Shown in pieces: positions 61,581 to 64,000 of a stretch of 64,000 nucleotides of DNA. This stretch comes from Lentimicrobiaceae bacterium (GTDB lineage Bacteria; Bacteroidota; Bacteroidia; Bacteroidales; JAAYJT01): positions 721-64,720 of the forward strand of contig JBBIIP010000016.1 in NCBI GenBank assembly GCA_037446395.1. The letters run 5' to 3'. The first letter of the stretch is position 1. Each line of letters opens with the position of its first letter. Position numbers and translations under genes: made by a program. Under the pieces are notes generated by a model. The model was not told where the DNA came from. It worked only from the letters and a program-made list of their open reading frames with translations, and made no database searches.

Positions 61581-62471
61581 TCAATCAAATAATCGCCGAT
61601 AATTGTTCAGCTCATTGAGTTTAGATTCCTTCAATTTCCTGAAGGCAGAGAGTTGTCGGGCTGTTTTGATTGTTTTAAGTTTTTCAACAAAAAAGTAAAC
61701 CAATTTGCGAATAGCGGGTGGAAGGGTAGCGACGATTAAATTGTAGAGGCGATGTTTTTTCCAAAAACTGGTCAGTTTTGCCACACCGGGATATTTATCC
61801 ATTTTTGCAAAAAGTTCAATCGCGTTTTGGTAGCGTTTAGCCATGATAACACTGTCTCGCTTGCCCGATAGTGTATCGGGATTAGAGTTCATGATAGTCA
61901 GAATCTCATCAATATACACCAATTTTGAAGGGTCCAGCCTGCCTTCTGCGATGGCTATCTCGAGTCTGGCAGCGATGATTCCGTCTTCGATACCCAAGTA
62001 CTTATTATCTTCTTCTGGCAAAGGAAAAAGAAGGCTTGCGCAACTACCACTAAAGGCCAAACAAGACAGATTTGATAGATGTAGTTTGGTAAATTTTCGT
62101 TTTTTCTCATCATAAATGATGGCGGCACAAATGCAAATATTTGCCCCATGGCTTAAGGCTGAAGTTTGTATTTCTAGTTTTTTGGGCAGCCAGATATCAT
62201 CGTGCTCCAGGATATAAATATATTCTCCTTTGGCTTCTTTAATGCCACAATTTAATGCTGCTGCTAATCCAAGGTTTTTTGGTTGGTCAATCAGGCGAAT
62301 ACGATCATTCTGATCGGAAAAGCTTTGCACTACTTTAACTGTATGGTCTTGTGAACCATCATTAACAACCATTACCTCCCAATCAGAAAAAGTCTGCCTG
62401 AGCACGCTGGGCAGAGAGTATCTCCTCAAAGCTTCGGCATTGTTATAGGTTGGCAGGATAATTGAGACCAT
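61581..62471 (-). CDS. Glycosyltransferase family 2 (opposite strand to the locus)
   Basis: SIILPTYN, VNDGSQD, NLGLAAALN, LEHDDIW. Confidence 0.85.
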   Translation of the reverse strand: MVSIILPTYNNAEALRRYSLPSVLRQTFSDWEVMVVNDGSQDHTVKVVQSFSDQNDRIRLIDQPKNLGLAAALNCGIKEAKGEYIYILEHDDIWLPKKLEIQTSALSHGANICICAAIIYDEKKRKFTKLHLSNLSCLAFSGSCASLLFPLPEEDNKYLGIEDGIIAARLEIAIAEGRLDPSKLVYIDEILTIMNSNPDTLSGKRDSVIMAKRYQNAIELFAKMDKYPGVAKLTSFWKKHRLYNLIVATLPPAIRKLVYFFVEKLKTIKTARQLSAFRKLKESKLNELNNYRRLFD

Positions 62472-62904
62472 AAAAAATTATTTGATCATTGAAGCCATGT
62501 TTTATTGAACAAAACATAATCAAAGTTTTATTATTGATCAGTATAGAGTATCAGCGGGCTTCAAAAGAATTTGTTTACTAGCTTTTAGACAAAAGTAGGC
62601 ATTTCTTTTGAAATTATATTTCGTGCGCCGTGATTGTATAAAGCCTACTTAGCTTTTGATGCTGTAATTCCAAATCAGATGCTTTGCCAGTCGACGGAAA
62701 GTAACAAGAAGTCCTTCATCCCCCGGAGTTTGTATTGCGTACAGGCACTTTCCACACATTCCTCAATGATATTTGACCTGGCCTCGTTAAGGTTAAAAAA
62801 CAGGTGCAATGATTGTGCCCAAACCGGACAGTGGCTCCAAATGAATCATTGCCGGTGGAGGCCTTAATAAACATCCATATCTTTGTGCAAAACTTTTCTT
62901 GTCC

Positions 62905-64000
62905 ATGACTTCAAAATACTCAATCAATCCAGATACAAATAGACAATATTTGATCCCCTCCATCATTGACGACAGAAAAAATATTGACAATTTCCTCAGC
63001 CGCTTTCCGAACCGGAAAGTGGTGGTGGTGCAGGGCCTGGGTTTTGTTGGCGCAGTCATGTCAATAGTATGTGCCAACGCAGAGGGCGAAGATTATGCCG
63101 TCGTAGGGATAGACCTTCCGACTCCCGGCTCTTACTGGAAGATATGCGAAATCAATGCAGGCAAATTTCCAATCCGAAGCAGTGACCCCAACGTGGATAT
63201 CTACTTTGAGAAAGCCAGCAGGCAGGGAAATTTATATGCCACCTGCGACCCATATGCCTACAGCAAGGCCGATATTATAATAGTGGACATAAACCTTGAT
63301 GTTGACAAAACCAACGGTGATATCAACGAACTGGTGCATTATGACGTTGACCTGGGGGGCTTTCGTAATGCAATGGAATCCATTGGGAAGCAGTGCAGGG
63401 AAGATGTGCTGGTGATTGTCGAAAGCACCGTTCCCCCAGGCACCTGCCAGCAAATTGTGTTTCCGGAAATAAGTAAGTGTCTGGCCGAAAGAGGCTTGGC
63501 CAACGATAAATTATTGGTTGGACATTCGTACGAGCGAGTGATGCCAGGTCCCGATTACATTGATTCGATCAGAAACTTCTATCGCGTATATTCGGGCATT
63601 GACAAGCCAAGCGCCCTGGCAACCGAACAATTCCTCAGAACCATTATCTCTACCGATAAATATCCCCTCACCCGACTTTGCAACACCAATGCCACAGAGA
63701 TGGCCAAGGTGCTCGAAAATTCCTATCGGGCAATGAATATAGCCTTCATCGTTGAGTGGTCGCGCTTCGCCGAAGAAGCAGGGGTCAATCTATATGAAGT
63801 GGTGAACGCCATCCGGATGCGACCTACCCATTCCAACATCATGTTTCCGGGAATCGGAGTCGGAGGGTATTGCCTGACCAAGGACGCTTTGTTGGCTTCA
63901 TGGTCGCGGGTGAATATGTTTAAAGGGGAAAATATACTGGAGCAGAGCGAAAAAGGCATTGCAATAAACGACCTGATGCCCTGGTATGCATTCAACTTCA
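62905..64000 (+). CDS. UDP-glucose/GDP-mannose dehydrogenase family protein (runs off window end)
   Basis: Manual translation: VVVQGLGFVGAVM, VESTVPPGT, EMAKVLENSYR, PGIGVGGYCLTKD; missing from the ORF track because it has no stop in the window. Confidence 0.92.
   Translation, partial: MTSKYSINPDTNRQYLIPSIIDDRKNIDNFLSRFPNRKVVVVQGLGFVGAVMSIVCANAEGEDYAVVGIDLPTPGSYWKICEINAGKFPIRSSDPNVDIYFEKASRQGNLYATCDPYAYSKADIIIVDINLDVDKTNGDINELVHYDVDLGGFRNAMESIGKQCREDVLVIVESTVPPGTCQQIVFPEISKCLAERGLANDKLLVGHSYERVMPGPDYIDSIRNFYRVYSGIDKPSALATEQFLRTIISTDKYPLTRLCNTNATEMAKVLENSYRAMNIAFIVEWSRFAEEAGVNLYEVVNAIRMRPTHSNIMFPGIGVGGYCLTKDALLASWSRVNMFKGENILEQSEKGIAINDLMPWYAFNF

Noticed and set aside
497-63995. Many 60-160 aa ORFs nested in or antisense to called genes
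   Set aside because: Shadow frames of well-supported genes with no recognisable motifs.

Overview
Chromosomal window from a Bacteroidota (probably Bacteroidales-like) genome, judged from the fused lpxC-fabZ, porX-tsaE linkage, T9SS C-terminal domains and TAnnTTTG promoters. Positions ~1-46.9 kb are mostly core genes: lipid A (lpxD, lpxC/fabZ, lpxA), porX-tsaE-ald-like, aroB, two T9SS cargo proteins, tex, rpsP-rimM, fabH, parA-parB-dapB-lepB-ftsK-lolA, nusB-yajC-coaE. From ~47.1 kb to the end is a surface-glycan locus (wHTH regulator, gmd, fcl, ABC flippase, wecB, seven glycosyltransferase-type genes, NDP-sugar dehydrogenase). The most unusual signal is a GxxExxY (PD-(D/E)xK-type) nuclease gene inserted in the glycan locus and bracketed by five copies of a 30-32 bp repeat built from a 9-nt ACAGATTAC period: three tandem copies upstream, then one direct and one inverted copy downstream, suggesting a REP/REPIN-like or self-excising cassette. 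Also notable: a coupled pair of an NTPase-less STAND-type membrane WD40 protein and a TonB-dependent receptor with an unusual helical N-terminal domain, and a wHTH/degenerate-nucleotidyltransferase regulator with a palindrome over its own promoter. No rRNA, tRNA, CRISPR array or transposase was recognised. All family calls come from motifs recognised by eye, not database searches.
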